Positions 29,821 through 43,314 of a stretch of DNA of 64,000 nt are shown piece after piece. Location: NCBI GenBank assembly GCA_964016885.1, contig OZ024749.1:7998001-8062000 (forward strand), in the 5' to 3' direction. A program made the translations under genes and the position numbers. This stretch comes from Eledone cirrhosa. Lineage: Eukaryota. Each line of letters starts with the position of its first letter. The stretch's first letter is position 1. The notes under the pieces are model-generated. The model saw only the letters and a program-made list of their open reading frames with translations. It was not told where the DNA came from and did not search any database.

Positions 29821-30327
29821 ATACCTCATTTTACTAGTCTCAAGAACGCGTCTACACGACGTGAGTAAGAATCCCAAAAGGCGGAGGGGGAGATTCTCAC
29901 GCGATATAACGGTCGAGAAACAGAGCTAAGCCTCTTATAACCACGAAGAAAATACCACGGAGGCGGAGGGGGTATTCATATCGAGGCCGCAGAAGAGGTG
30001 GTGAAGAAGGCTAGAAGTATGAGTAATGGAAGCTTTCCAGTTGTCCCCACACTTCAAAGATTGCTCGACCAGAGGGAGTTATTAACAATATATTTAGAAA
30101 CACACAGATACATGCGGACACACACATATATACATGAATGCATCCGCACCCAACTGTGAGTTAAGGGTGCCAACTTCACCGATGTTGCTCAATGAATGAC
30201 CGGGACAGACCAATTCAGTTGAACCAGACTGAACCAGTATCAGAGTTAAAAATACATTATGAAGAGAGAAGAAACATTTAGATATAATTAGTAATAAAAT
30301 GTATCATACCTAAACTGCTCCTAAATT

Positions 30328-30415
30328 CCTCGACTACGTAGTTTCGTGGCATAAACAAAAACAATATATCATAAAGATATAGAGTCCCTGCGAGGTCTGC
30401 CGACTTATCAAGAGG
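30328..30415 (-). ncRNA. type-I hammerhead, U3:A8 core, unit 2
   Basis: Same motif 595 bp from unit 1. Confidence 0.78.
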
Positions 30416-30922
30416 ATACCTCATTTTACTAGTCTCAAGAACGCGTCTACACGACGTGAGAAAGAATCCCAAAAGGCGGAGGGGGAGATACTCACGCGAT
30501 ATAACGGTCGAGAAACAGAGCTAAGCCTCTTATAACCACGAATAAAATACCACGGAGGCGGAGGGGGTATTCATATCGAGGCCGCAGAAGAGGTGGTGAA
30601 GAAGGCTAGAAGTATGAGTAATGGAAGCTTTCCAGTTGTCCCCACACTTCAAAGATTGCTCGACCAGAGGGAGTTATTAACAATATATTTAGAAACACAC
30701 AGATACATGCGGACACACACATATATACATGAATACATCCGCACCCAACTGTGAGTTAAGGGTGCCAACTTCACCGATGTTGCTGAATGAATGACCGGGA
30801 CAGACCAATTCAGTTGAACCAGACTGAACCAGTATCAGAGTTAAAAATACATTATGAAGAGAGAAGAAACATTTAGATATAATTAGTAATAAAATGTATC
30901 ATACCTAAACTGCTCCTAAATT

Positions 30923-31010
30923 CCTCGACTACGTAGTTTCGTGGCATAAACAAAAACAATATATCATAAAGATATAGAGTCCCTGCGAGGTCTGCCGACT
31001 TATCAAGAGG
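30923..31010 (-). ncRNA. type-I hammerhead, U3:A8 core, unit 3
   Basis: Same motif 595 bp from unit 2. Confidence 0.78.
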
Positions 31011-31148
31011 ATACCTCATTTTACTAGTCTCAAGAACGCTTAGCTCTGTTTCTCGACCGTTATATCGCGTGACTATCTCCCCCTCCGCCTTTTGGGATTC
31101 TTTCTCACGTCGTGTAGACGCGTTCTTGAGACTAGTAAAATGAGGTAT

Positions 31149-31236
31149 CCTCTTGATAAGTCGGCAGACCTCGCAGGGACTCTATATCTTTATGATATAT
31201 TGTTTTTGTTTATGCCACGAAACTACGTAGCCGAGG
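31149..31236 (+). ncRNA. inverted hammerhead copy with mutated cleavage site (GUC to GCC)
   Basis: cctc ttgataa gtcggca...tgccac gaaa ctacgtag cc gagg. Confidence 0.65.
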
Positions 31237-31306
31237 AATTTAGGAGCAGTTTAGGTATGATACATTTTATTACTAATTATATCTAAATGTTTCTTCTCTC
31301 TTCATA

Positions 31307-31356
<50 letters not shown>

Positions 31357-31501
31357 GTATATTCGAAAACGAATGACATATATATATATATATACCTATC
31401 AACAAGAGAAGATAAGAATGTAAGTTTGCAAAGAATGTAAGAACATGTAATTATAAATGAGCAGTATATTGAGATTTAACAAAAATATTACACGGATATA
31501 C

Positions 31502-31635
31502 CTGACATTCAATAACTATGTTTACTCTCACGTATGTTTATTCTCACATTCAATAACTATGTTTACTCTCACGTATGTTTATTCTGACATTCAATAACTA
31601 TGTTTATTCTCCATTCAATATGTTTACTCTCATGT
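31502..31635. repeat. 41-bp short tandem repeat, about 3 copies
   Basis: cattcaataactatgtttactctcacgtatgtttattct repeats. Confidence 0.8.
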
Positions 31636-31761
31636 ATATATTCCATTCAGGATTCTTATGTTTCGTCTTTGCAATGGTGAAGTTCAATAGTTAATTAGAT
31701 CAGTTCGTGAAAGAGAACTGAAGTTATATGAACTTTCACTTCTAATACAGATCTAATATAA

Positions 31762-31910
31762 ATGTGGTTGGTGTTAGGAAGGGCATCCAGCCGTAGAGAC
31801 CCTGACAGAGACAATTCTGTACGAACGAGACACAGTCTCCCGACCAATCTAGCTTCAGGTGGGACAAAAACGTCCAACCCATGCTAGCGTCGAAGATGGA
31901 CGTTAAACGA
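31762..31910 (+). mobile_element. 3' part of a SINE/RTE-tail element ending in (GAT)n
   Basis: tggtgttaggaagggcatccagccgtag...ccaacccatgctagc...ggacgttaaacgatgatg. Confidence 0.6.
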
Positions 31911-31969
31911 TGATGCAGATGATGATGATGATGATGATGACGATGGTGATTGTGATAATGATCAGGTTA

Positions 31970-32013
<44 letters not shown>

Positions 32014-32350
32014 AATGATAATGATAACAATGATGATGATGACGACGACGATGATAACAATGATGATGATGATGATGATAATGATAACAATGATGATGAT
32101 AATGATGATGATAACAATGATGATTATGATGATGGTGATGATGATGATGATGGAGGTGATGATAACGATGAAGATGACGACGATAACGATCGTGGTAATT
32201 ATGATGATGATGATGATGGTGATGATGATGGTGGTGGTGGCGATGACAATGATGATGACGAAGATGATAGTGATGATGATGATGATGATGATGGCAGTGA
32301 TAATGATGAAAATCGTGATGATGATGAAGATGATGATGATGATGGTGGTG
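31908..32350. repeat. degenerate (GAT)n array
   Basis: gatgatgat with GAC/AAT/GGT variants. Confidence 0.95.
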
Positions 32351-32499
32351 TCTCAGTGATGGACACATTTGAAATAATGGACAATAAAGTGTAAATTATT
32401 TAAAGTCCAATCAATGTGGAACAGTTGCTGTCTCATGTCGTCAATTGTAAATAAAACTAAGACAATTGTAAAACTGTTAATGAATATGTAATAACCCCC

Positions 32500-32733
32500 C
32501 CTCTCTCTCTCTCTCTGTCTCTCTCTAATGAATGGGCTAAAGTATTTCTCTCTCTCTCTCTCCCTCTAATGAATGTGGTAAAGTCTTTCTCTCTCTCTCT
32601 AATGAATGGGCTAAAGTCTTTCTCTCTCTAATGAATGTGCTAAGGTCTTTCTCTCTCTCTCTCTCTCTCTCTCCCTCTAATGAATGTGCTAAAGTCTTTC
32701 TCTCTCTCTCTCTAATGAATGGGCTAAGGTCTT

Positions 32734-32764
<31 letters not shown>

Positions 32765-32807
32765 CTCTCTCTCTCTCTCTCCCTCTCTCTAATGAATGGT
32801 CTAAAGT

Positions 32808-32876
<69 letters not shown>

Positions 32877-32969
32877 ATGGATGTGCTAAGGTCTTTCTCT
32901 CTCTCTCTCTCACGAATGGGCTTAAGTCTCTCTCTCGCTCTCTCTCCCTCTCTAATGAATGTGCTAAAG

Positions 32970-33034
<65 letters not shown>

Positions 33035-33047
33035 ATGAATGGGCTAA

Positions 33048-33084
<37 letters not shown>

Positions 33085-33098
33085 AATGAATGGGCTAA

Positions 33099-33148
<50 letters not shown>

Positions 33149-33240
33149 ATGAATGGGCTAAAGTCTTTCTCTCGCTCTCTTTTTCTGTCTTTCTTTCGCT
33201 CTCTCCCTCTCTCTCTCTTTCTCTCTCTAATGAATGTTCT
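32500..33240. repeat. compound repeat: AATGAATGGGCTAAAGTCTTT separated by variable (CT)n
   Basis: About 14 copies of the motif between CT runs. Confidence 0.9.
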
Positions 33241-33309
33241 ATATTTCTCTATCTCTCCCTCATTCCCTCCAAAATGAAAGCGATATATTTCCTTCCTCTT
33301 TCTCTCTCT

Positions 33310-34950
33310 ACACACATACAAACACACACACAGACGCACACACAAACACACACACACACACACACAAACACACACAAATAAACATTAGCAAATTCAAAAA
33401 CACACTAGCATAAACCAACACATACAGAATAACACCCATAAACACACACAAATAAACCCAAGCAAAAACACACATAGACACACACAAATAAACCCAAACA
33501 AACACACACGCAAACACACATAAACACACACAAATAAACCCAAACAAACACACGTAAACACACACCAATAAACCCAAACAAACACACACATAAACACAAA
33601 AATAAACCCAAAGAAATACACACATAAACACCCATAAACACACACAAATATACCGAAACAACCACACACATAAACACACATAAACACACACAATTATACC
33701 CAAACAAACACACACATAAACCTACATAAACACACACAAATAAACCCAAACACACACACACATAAACACACACAAATAAACCCAAACAAACACACACATA
33801 AACACACAAAAACACACACAAATAAACCCAAACAAACACACACATAAACACACATAAACACACACAAATAAAACCAAATACACACACACATAAACACACA
33901 TACAAACACACACAAATAAACCCAAACAAACACACACATAAATACACATAAACACACACAATTAAACCCAAACAAACACACACATAAACACACATAAATA
34001 CACATAAATAAAACCAGACAAACACACACATAAACACACATAAACACACACAAATAAACCCAAACAAATACACACATAAACACACATAATTACACATAAA
34101 TAAACCCAAACAAATACACACATAAACACACATAAACACACAAATAAACCCAAATAAACATACACAGAAACACCCATAAACACACACAAATAAACCCAAA
34201 CAAACACACACAAATAAACCCAAACACATACATAAATACACATAAACACACACAATTAAACCCAAACACATACACACATAAACACAGATAAATACACATA
34301 AATAAACCCAAACAAACACACACATAAACACACATAAACACACACAAATAAACCCAAACAAATACACACATAAACCCACATAAACACACACAAATAAACC
34401 CAAACAAACACACACATAAACACACATAAACACACACAAATAAACCCAAACAAACACACACATAAACACAAATAAACACACACATGTAAACCCAAACAAA
34501 CACACACATAAACACACCTAAACACACATAAACACACATAAACACACACAATTAAACCCAAACAAATACACACATAGATACACATAAACACACACAAATA
34601 AACCCAAACAAACACACACATAAACCCAAACAAACACACACACAAATACACATAAACACACACAAATAAACCCAATTAAACACACACATAACCACACAAA
34701 TAAACCCAAACACACACACTCATAAACACACAAACACACACACAAATAAACCCAAACAAACACACACACAAACACACATAAACACACACAAATAAACCCA
34801 AACAAACACACACATAAACACACATAAACACACACAAAAACACACATAAACACACACAAATAAACCCAAACAAACACACACACAGACACACATAAACACA
34901 CACAAATAAACCCAAACAAACACACACATAAACACATTCAAAAACACAAA
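33310..34950. repeat. AC-rich compound minisatellite
   Basis: Recurring aaataaacccaaacaaacacacacataaacacac units. Confidence 0.92.
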
Positions 34951-34989
34951 CACGCGGACATCTTTATAACTCTTCATCTTAATCTGTCT

Positions 34990-35112
34990 CATTCTGAGTT
35001 CAAATCCCGCCGAGGTTAACTTTGCCTTTCATCCTTACGGGGTCGATAAAATAAAGTACCAGTAATGCACTGGATAATTTGCTGGCCTTGTGCCAAAAGT
35101 AGAAACAATTAT
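34990..35112 (+). mobile_element. 5'-truncated SINE family 1
   Basis: ctgagttcaaatcccgccgaggttaactttgcctttcatccttacggggtcgataaaataaagtaccag. Confidence 0.88.
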
Positions 35113-35319
35113 AGTGGCTATCATTTATCTGATACACACTCTGCACACTTGACACGTGACTGTCTCTGTGTGTGTTTTTTTGGTATATGTGTGGATGTGT
35201 CTTTAGACGTGTTTGTTTTTTTTGTTTTGTGGTATTTGTGCTTCACTCTGTATGTATACATGCGTGTATGTTATATGTATATACGTATGTTTATATGTAT
35301 GTATGTATGTATGTTTGTA

Positions 35320-37262
35320 TGTATGTACGAATGTATGTATGTACGAATGTACGTATGTACGAATGTACGTATGTACGAATGTACGTATGTACGTATGTAC
35401 GAATGTACGTATGTACGTATGTACGAAAGTACGTATGTACGTATGTACGAAAGTACGAATGTATGTATGTACGAATGTACGTATGTACGTATGTACGAAT
35501 GTACGAATGTACGAAAGTACGAATGTATGTATGTACGAATGTACGTATGTACGTATGTACGAATGTACGAATGTACGAGTGTACGTATGTACGAATGTAC
35601 GAATGTACGTATGTACGTATGTACGAATGTACGTATGTACGTATGTACGAATGTACGAATGTACGAATGTACGTATGTACGTATGTACGAATGTACGAAT
35701 GTACGAGTGTACGTATGTACGAATGTACGAATGTACGTATGTACAATGTACGTATGTACGTATGTACGAACGTACGTATGTACGAGTGTACGAATGTATG
35801 TATGTACGAATGTACGTATGTACGTATGTACGAATGTACGTATGTACGAATGTACGTATGTACGTATGTACGAATGTACGAATGTACGAGTGTACGTATG
35901 TACGAATGTACGTATGTACGAATGTACGAATGTACGTATGTACGAATGTACGTATGTACGAATGTACGAATGTACGTATGTACGAATGTACGAATGTACG
36001 AGTGTACGTATGTACGAATGTACGAGTGTACGTATGTACGAATGTACGAATGTACGAATGTACGTATGTACGTATGTACGAATGTACGTATGTACGAATG
36101 TACGAATGTACGTATGTACGTATGTACGTATGTACGAATGTACGTATGTACGAATGTACGTATGTACGAATGTACGAATGTACGAGTGTACGTATGTACG
36201 AATGTACGAGTGTACGTATGTACGAATGTACGTATGTACGAATGTACGAATGTACGTATGTACGAATGTACGTATGTACGTATGTACGAATGTACGTATG
36301 TACGTATGTACGAATGTACGAGTGTACGTATGTACGAATGTACGTATGTACGAATGTACGAATGTACGTATGTACGAATGTACGTATGTACGTATGTACG
36401 AATGTACGTATGTACGTATGTACGAATGTACGTATGTACGAATGTACGAATGTACGAGTGTACGTATGTACGAATGTACGAATGTACGTATGTACGAATG
36501 TACGTATGTACGTATGTACGAATGTACGTATGTACGTATGTACGAATGTACGTATGTACGTATGTACGAATGTACGTATGTACGTATGTACGAATGTACG
36601 AGTGTACGTATGTACGAATGTACGTATGTACGAATGTACGTATGTACGAATGTACGAATGTACGTATGTACGTATGTACGAATGTACGAGAGTACGTATG
36701 TACGAATGTACGAGTGTACGTATGTACGTATGTACGAATGTACGAGTGTACGTATGTACGAATGTACGAATGTACGTATGTACGTATGTACGAATGTACG
36801 AGTGTACGAATGTATGTATGTACAATGTACGTATGTACGTATGTACGTATGTACGTATGTACGAATGTACGTATGTACGAAAGTACGAGTGTACGTATGT
36901 ACGAATGTACGTATGTACGAATGTACGTATGTACGAATGTACGAGTGTACGTATGTACGTATGTACGAATGTACGAATGTACGTATGTACGAATGTACGT
37001 ATGTACGTATGTACGAATGTACGTATGTACGTATGTACGAATGTACGAGTGTACGTATGTACGAATGTACGAATGTACGTATGTACGAATGTACGAATGT
37101 ACGTATGTACGAATGTACGAATGTACGAATGTACGTATGTACGAATGTACGAATGTACGTATGTACGAATGTACGTATGTACGAATGTACGAATGTACGT
37201 ATGTACGAATGTACGTATGTACGAATGTACGAATGTACGTATGTACGAATGTACGTGTGTAC
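35320..37262. repeat. 8-bp satellite TGTACG(TA/AA/AG), about 240 units
   Basis: Alternating tgtacgta, tgtacgaa and tgtacgag units; grades into (TGTA)n at the left edge. Confidence 0.97.
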
Positions 37263-37289
37263 GCATGTATCTATCCGCACTCGAGTGCT

Positions 37290-37790
37290 ACTGCTAACAT
37301 GTAACCCAGTACAAACTGTCTCATGGTCGGCTCGTTGGCGACTGAACTGGCAACCCCACCAAGTTTACTTGGTGAAGCGGATATTTGGACAGCCTGCGGG
37401 ATGAAATACAAGACCCGGCAAAGGGCGGAGGGACTCAGCAGAGACAACGGCCATCCAAATAGTAACTTTTTTATTTAACCTGGGAGTGAAAGGGCCCCAG
37501 TTGTTGTCACAACACCTTTCTAGGAGAGAGAAACTCTGAAAAAAAAACCTGCGGCTTCGGAAACATCGGATAAAGTTGACCAGTTCTCCTTTTCGGGTAG
37601 TGTTTTCGATGTTCAGAGAGTGGGATTGGTAGAGTGCAAGGCCTTCCCACACTTAAAAAAAACGCTTCAAAGCACAGGCATTGCTTGTTCAGGATATGTT
37701 ACAGGTTTGTGTGACTGACCGTAGCCTAAAAGTGCACCATTTTCTATAATCTGACAAGCGATTGCAGTACTCTTAGCAGGGTTTGCAGCC
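37290..37790 (+). mobile_element. interspersed repeat resembling an RTE-type 5' region
   Basis: tctcatggtcggctcgttggcgactgaactggcaaccccaccaag is shared with the reverse complement of 56640-56790. Confidence 0.55.
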
Positions 37791-38199
37791 ATCATGTATG
37801 TATTATATACCCATGTGTGAAAGTATGTAGGTACGTATGTATGTATATAAATATGAATGCATGTATGTATAAAGGTACGAATGTATCATGTATTTCACTC
37901 TTATGTATGTATATGCATGTCTAAACGTTGATTGTGATGAGCGAAATAGAGAGCACACAATACCGATATAATATGGTGTACGTTATTGATTAAACATGTT
38001 ACAGTCGATATATCAAGCCACTACCTTCGGTTTCAAGGATGCATACTATGCATGGTTGGTCACCACGCATTCACTAGTCGGTTGGAACGGGATTGTTAAA
38101 AAGTATCAAAGACTATATATGACAATATAAAAGCGAGTAGCATCATAAATTTCGATTTATGGCAACTGTGGTGAGGGTCGACATGGAAATATAATCTAT

Positions 38200-38236
<37 letters not shown>

Positions 38237-38405
38237 GGGGAGAGAGAGAGAGATGGGGGGAGAGAGAGAGAGATAAGCAAAAGGGATATTTAATGTGTTG
38301 ATAATTCAACAAATATATATGTTTATAACTAATTATATCCAGGAAAAACTTGAGCCGTTAAGATCTTCTTCCTGGATATGTCAATATTTATAAAACAAAC
38401 TTTTG

Positions 38406-38466
38406 TATTTTATCTGATGAGGGCGCACCAAAGTTTTGGTACCCTTGAAATATATATAATAGAATA
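38406..38466 (+). ncRNA. minimal type-I hammerhead ribozyme
   Basis: TATTTTAT CTGATGA GGG..ACCAAA G TTTTGGT ACCC TT GAAA TATATA TA ATAGAATA; downstream sequence shared with 2490-2560 and 48850-48917. Confidence 0.78.
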
Positions 38467-38508
38467 AATATGGTTTTATAAATATAGTTTCCATTTATTT
38501 AATATCGT

Positions 38509-38622
<114 letters not shown>

Positions 38623-38820
38623 GTGTATATGTAGAAATATTGAACTAATTAGACATTATATAAGTGAATACACGTTAAGAAGTTGCAACCTATAAATTTA
38701 GACATGGGACTGTACATATAGTCCGAAATTTAGTTCCATCACGTGATATCGAAATATAACATCACTTTACCTTATGTACATCAATAGGTGATAGCCGTGA
38801 GTGTGTGTTGGTACACACAC

Positions 38821-38878
<58 letters not shown>

Positions 38879-38967
38879 GGAAAAAGTGAATATCTGCGTG
38901 TGTTAGTGTGTATATGTATATATATAAATGTGTGTGTGTGAGTGTATATATATATATATATATATAC

Positions 38968-39059
<92 letters not shown>

Positions 39060-39147
39060 ATGTGCGTGTGTATATAATACCCTGTAAGTTAGGGGTTACA
39101 GATAATTGAGTGGAATGGAAATTCTTCCTGCGAGGTTATAGATTCAG

Positions 39148-39185
<38 letters not shown>

Positions 39186-39386
39186 CAACGTCCAGTATGT
39201 ATACAAATCTACATACGTGTATCTAAATATTCAATCTTGTATGCATATATAAATATTCATGCATGTTTATTTCAAATGATCGCCAAAGTGCATATATTCA
39301 AAGTATATCGTGATATATAGCATCCCGTTATATGAGTTCTAGTACTGATAAGCATCTACATATATATGTTTATAATATAGATGCTC

Positions 39387-39422
<36 letters not shown>

Positions 39423-39440
39423 TATATAAATATATATATA

Positions 39441-39491
<51 letters not shown>

Positions 39492-39551
39492 TATATAAAT
39501 ATATATATATATTTATATATATAATATATATATATATATATTATATATATA

Positions 39552-39686
<135 letters not shown>

Positions 39687-39921
39687 TATATATATATATA
39701 TATATTATATATATATATATAATATAGATATATTTATATATATAATATATATATATATTTATATATATAATATATATAATTATATATATAATATATATAT
39801 ATATATATTGATATATATATATAAATATATAGATAGATAGATAGATAGATATAGATGTATATACACATACATTTATTAATATATATGTATACATTTATAT
39901 ATATATAAATATAATATATAT

Positions 39922-39954
<33 letters not shown>

Positions 39955-39977
39955 CATACATTTATATATATATATAC

Positions 39978-40019
<42 letters not shown>

Positions 40020-40155
40020 GTTACATATATATATAAATGTATATGTATATATATACACACATATATATATAAGTATATATGTATATATATACATATATAA
40101 ATATATACATGTACATATAGATACACATATATATATCTATATAAATATACATATA

Positions 40156-40249
<94 letters not shown>

Positions 40250-40275
40250 TACATGTATAGGCACATACATATATG

Positions 40276-40391
<116 letters not shown>

Positions 40392-40745
40392 TACTGTATG
40401 CAAGTCTAACATATTCCCTATTTTCCAGAATTCTGAAGATAACGTATGTCCCTTAAAAACTCTTTATAATTTATGTAGGAAATGCTAAGAAAGCCTTCCA
40501 GGCAAATAAGAGAATGGAAGTTTGAAAATAAAGTGGAAGACGCTCACCTAGGATTTTCTGTATCTATATTGATAACAGCATCTCCTTGAATTTAGAATTA
40601 TATCTATATATATATATATATATAGCAGATCGATGGATATATCTAGTGATGTATGTATAAATGTGTTATTGTTTGTATATATGCATATATGTATGTATGT
40701 ATGTATGTGTGTATCTATATACATATATAGAAGCACATATATAAA

Positions 40746-40792
<47 letters not shown>

Positions 40793-41113
40793 GTACGTAT
40801 ACACATATATATATGTATATTTATGTATATAAGTATGTACATATGTATATATTATGTACACATATATAGATATGCATGTATCCTAAACGGACGGTAGTCC
40901 GTTTAGTAATATTGTTGTGGTCGTGTTTTCGTTGGCAATCGTCTGTTTACGACAGTACAGCGCGGCTCTACTTTATTTAACTGAGATAAAACTTATATGA
41001 GCATGAACAGTAGATCATTACGCATCTTTTGGCTTAAAAATCTAGAAATACAGTCCAGCGGGAAAAAGTTTATAATCAAAGTTTGCTGATAAATCTTGTG
41101 TTCAAGTGAGTGA

Positions 41114-41338
41114 GTAGTAAGCGTGACGCTAGGGGAGGTAATCCAGAAATGACGACTTTTGGAAAAGTTTAATTACTGCATGAAAGAAATGATTCAAAAA
41201 TTGAACTTGCCCAATCTTCACAACATTGAAAATTGGTCAAAATTTGACAAATCTGACTTCAAACCAGATATGATTCATTTGAACAATGTTGGAAATCTTA
41301 AATTGACACAAATTTTTGCCAATGTTTTTGCCACCTGA
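41114..41338 (+). pseudogene. SGNH/GDSL-hydrolase-like C-terminal fragment (in-frame stop upstream)
   Basis: Manual translation VVSVTLGEVIQK*RLLEKFNYCMKEM...NIENWSKFDKSDFKPDMIHLNNVGNLKL resembles SGNH block V (DxxHLNxxG); AATAAA at 41376. Confidence 0.5.
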
Positions 41339-41512
41339 TCCTTGTTCTATGGCTGACTGACTAATTTTGTGACTTAATAAAATGTCATCATACTAGTAAT
41401 GCACAATGGTCATTTTTAAATTTAAATTTTATTAAATTGCTGTTGCTTGCATTGCCTTAAAATAGTAACAAGAATGTACACATTATTAATACATCATTAT
41501 CAGTCAAATCAT

Positions 41513-41869
41513 TCAAATGTCACTAAAAGCCAGGTGGTCGATAACAACTTCTAGAAGATTAGTTACATGCTCACACATTGGATCACCTCTCATCAATGGC
41601 ATTGGGTGTCTGAGATAATCGTGGACATAACTGATGAAGTCACAAATGAAGTGATGGTCTTCCAGTGTGAACAACTCCCTATATCCATTGATATATGTTA
41701 TGGCTTCCGATTCATAGGTGCATTTTATGAGGAATTCCATGCATCCGATTTTCAGTGATTCAATGGGCATTTTATTAGAGATGATAAGGTATTTGACCAC
41801 GTTTTGCTTTGTAAGTAAGGAGAGAATCACTGCAGTCAAAGTCATTTCTTTGCATTGGTTTTTGTCCAT
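41513..41869 (-). CDS. orphan 118-aa intronless ORF, unknown function
   Basis: ATG-to-stop ORF of normal complexity in non-repetitive DNA; minus-strand AATAAA near 41428-41433; no recognised motif. Confidence 0.35.
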   Translation of the reverse strand: MDKNQCKEMTLTAVILSLLTKQNVVKYLIISNKMPIESLKIGCMEFLIKCTYESEAITYINGYRELFTLEDHHFICDFISYVHDYLRHPMPLMRGDPMCEHVTNLLEVVIDHLAFSDI

Positions 41870-42148
41870 TCTAAAAAGTTAAAATGATAAAGTATTACTA
41901 CTATATAACTTACATCTATTGTTGTAACACCATTGAAATGCACAAGTTTCACCAATTCACTATTATGCACTAATCATCTCAAATGCATTCATGATTTACT
42001 AGCTTTGTCATTAAGCCAGTTGCCTCAACTAGATTGCAATTATACTCAAAAGAACTTTAAAATGTCAATCACTTGTCAGTAATTCACTATGATCATTTAA
42101 TTCATTAGATAGTTGTTGCTTGCATTGCCTTAAAAAATAGTAGACCAG

Positions 42149-43298
42149 ATAGAGAAATGCGTACAGCAAAAAAAAGTAATATTGTTGGAATATAAACCTT
42201 TAAATTACAGGACAAGAAACTAAAATAAAACTTAAAAGAATAGGACAAGAAACTAAGATAAAACTTTAAAAGAATAGGACAAGAAACTAAGATAAAACTT
42301 TAAAGAATTGGACAAGAAATAAAAAATGTTACAATAATATTAGTGGCAACATTTTTTTATTCGTTTCCTGTGCTATGCCCCAGTATCTTCTTGATTAGTG
42401 CATAATAATTGTCATGCTCTCATTGTGCGTTGCCCCTGAGCGGTTGGTTCTGGTTGGGGTTGGTTGGCTGAGCAGTTCTGCTCCGTCAGAATGACGATTG
42501 CAAGAAGAATTGGCCGATGCAGCTGCAACTCTCCTCCAAGAATGCACTTCTGGTCCCGCAACACCAAACGAAGATGGAGAAGACGACCGAGACAAGATGT
42601 CGACTCTGACCACCGACTACGGCACCTCCCTCAACCACGGGTCCTCCCTCCCTCTGTCCCGTCATCCCTCCAGTCCTCCTGCTCCCCCTTCCTGTACCAG
42701 AAAGCTGTGGCACGCATTCATCTGGACTGCCGGACTTGAACTCAAGGACAAGATGCAAGGAGAAGATGGACGGGTTGGTCAAGATCAAGGATGAGCGGGA
42801 CGACAAGACCGTCCGATGCTGCTCAAGATCTGTGCTCATGGGCCCATGGGTCCATTCACATTATGCATGACACATGAGGCGTGTCGCCGAATGATGAAAT
42901 AGGGGTATGGTTATGGCCCAATTGGTGTTCAAACCAGGATCAAATGATCCCCCCGGTCTGACGACGACCTCTGAATGTGGAACCCAGAGCCTATGAATGT
43001 GGAACTCGATTTTTTACCAATAAATATTTTGCCACTAATATTATTGTAACATTTTTTATTTCGTGTCCAATTCTTTAAAGTTTTATCTTAGTTTCTTGTC
43101 CTATTCTTTTAAAGTTTTATCTTAGTTTCTTGTCCTATTCTTTTAAAGTTTTATCTTAGTTTCTTGTCCTATTCTTTAAAGTTTTATCTTAGTTTCTTGT
43201 CCTATTCTTTTAAAGTTTTATTTTAGTTTCTTGTCCTGTATTTTTAAAGGTTTATATTCCAACAATATTACTTTTTTTAGCTGTACGCATTTTTCTAT
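42149..43298. mobile_element. foldback-like structure: long inverted arms with ~33-bp internal subrepeats around a GC-rich core
   Basis: 42149-42355 is inverted to 43025-43298; subrepeat aggacaagaaactaagataaaactttaaaagaat has unequal copy number in the two arms. Confidence 0.75.
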
Positions 43299-43314
43299 GT
43301 GGTATATATATGTG

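Larger units (their letters stand above)
29494..31310 (-). mobile_element. retrozyme-like element: about 2.6 tandem 595-bp units plus an inverted partial unit
   Basis: agaaacacacagatacatgc recurs at 29501, 30096 and 30691; inversion junction near 31039; 31040-31310 is a reverse-complement partial unit; (TA)n on both sides. Confidence 0.85.

Noticed and set aside
29683-31286. 64-aa ORF repeated in each 595-bp unit
   Set aside because: Non-ATG start, no recognisable motif, and it overlaps the ribozyme; identity reflects repeat identity only
31910-32368. Poly-Met and poly-His ORFs
   Set aside because: Translation of the (GAT)n microsatellite
35065-37404. Five ORFs of about 670-780 aa
   Set aside because: Stop-free 8-bp satellite; one ORF begins inside a SINE
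40425-40495. CTGAAGA...GAAA TGC TA possible hammerhead
   Set aside because: Stems I and II too weak to support by eye
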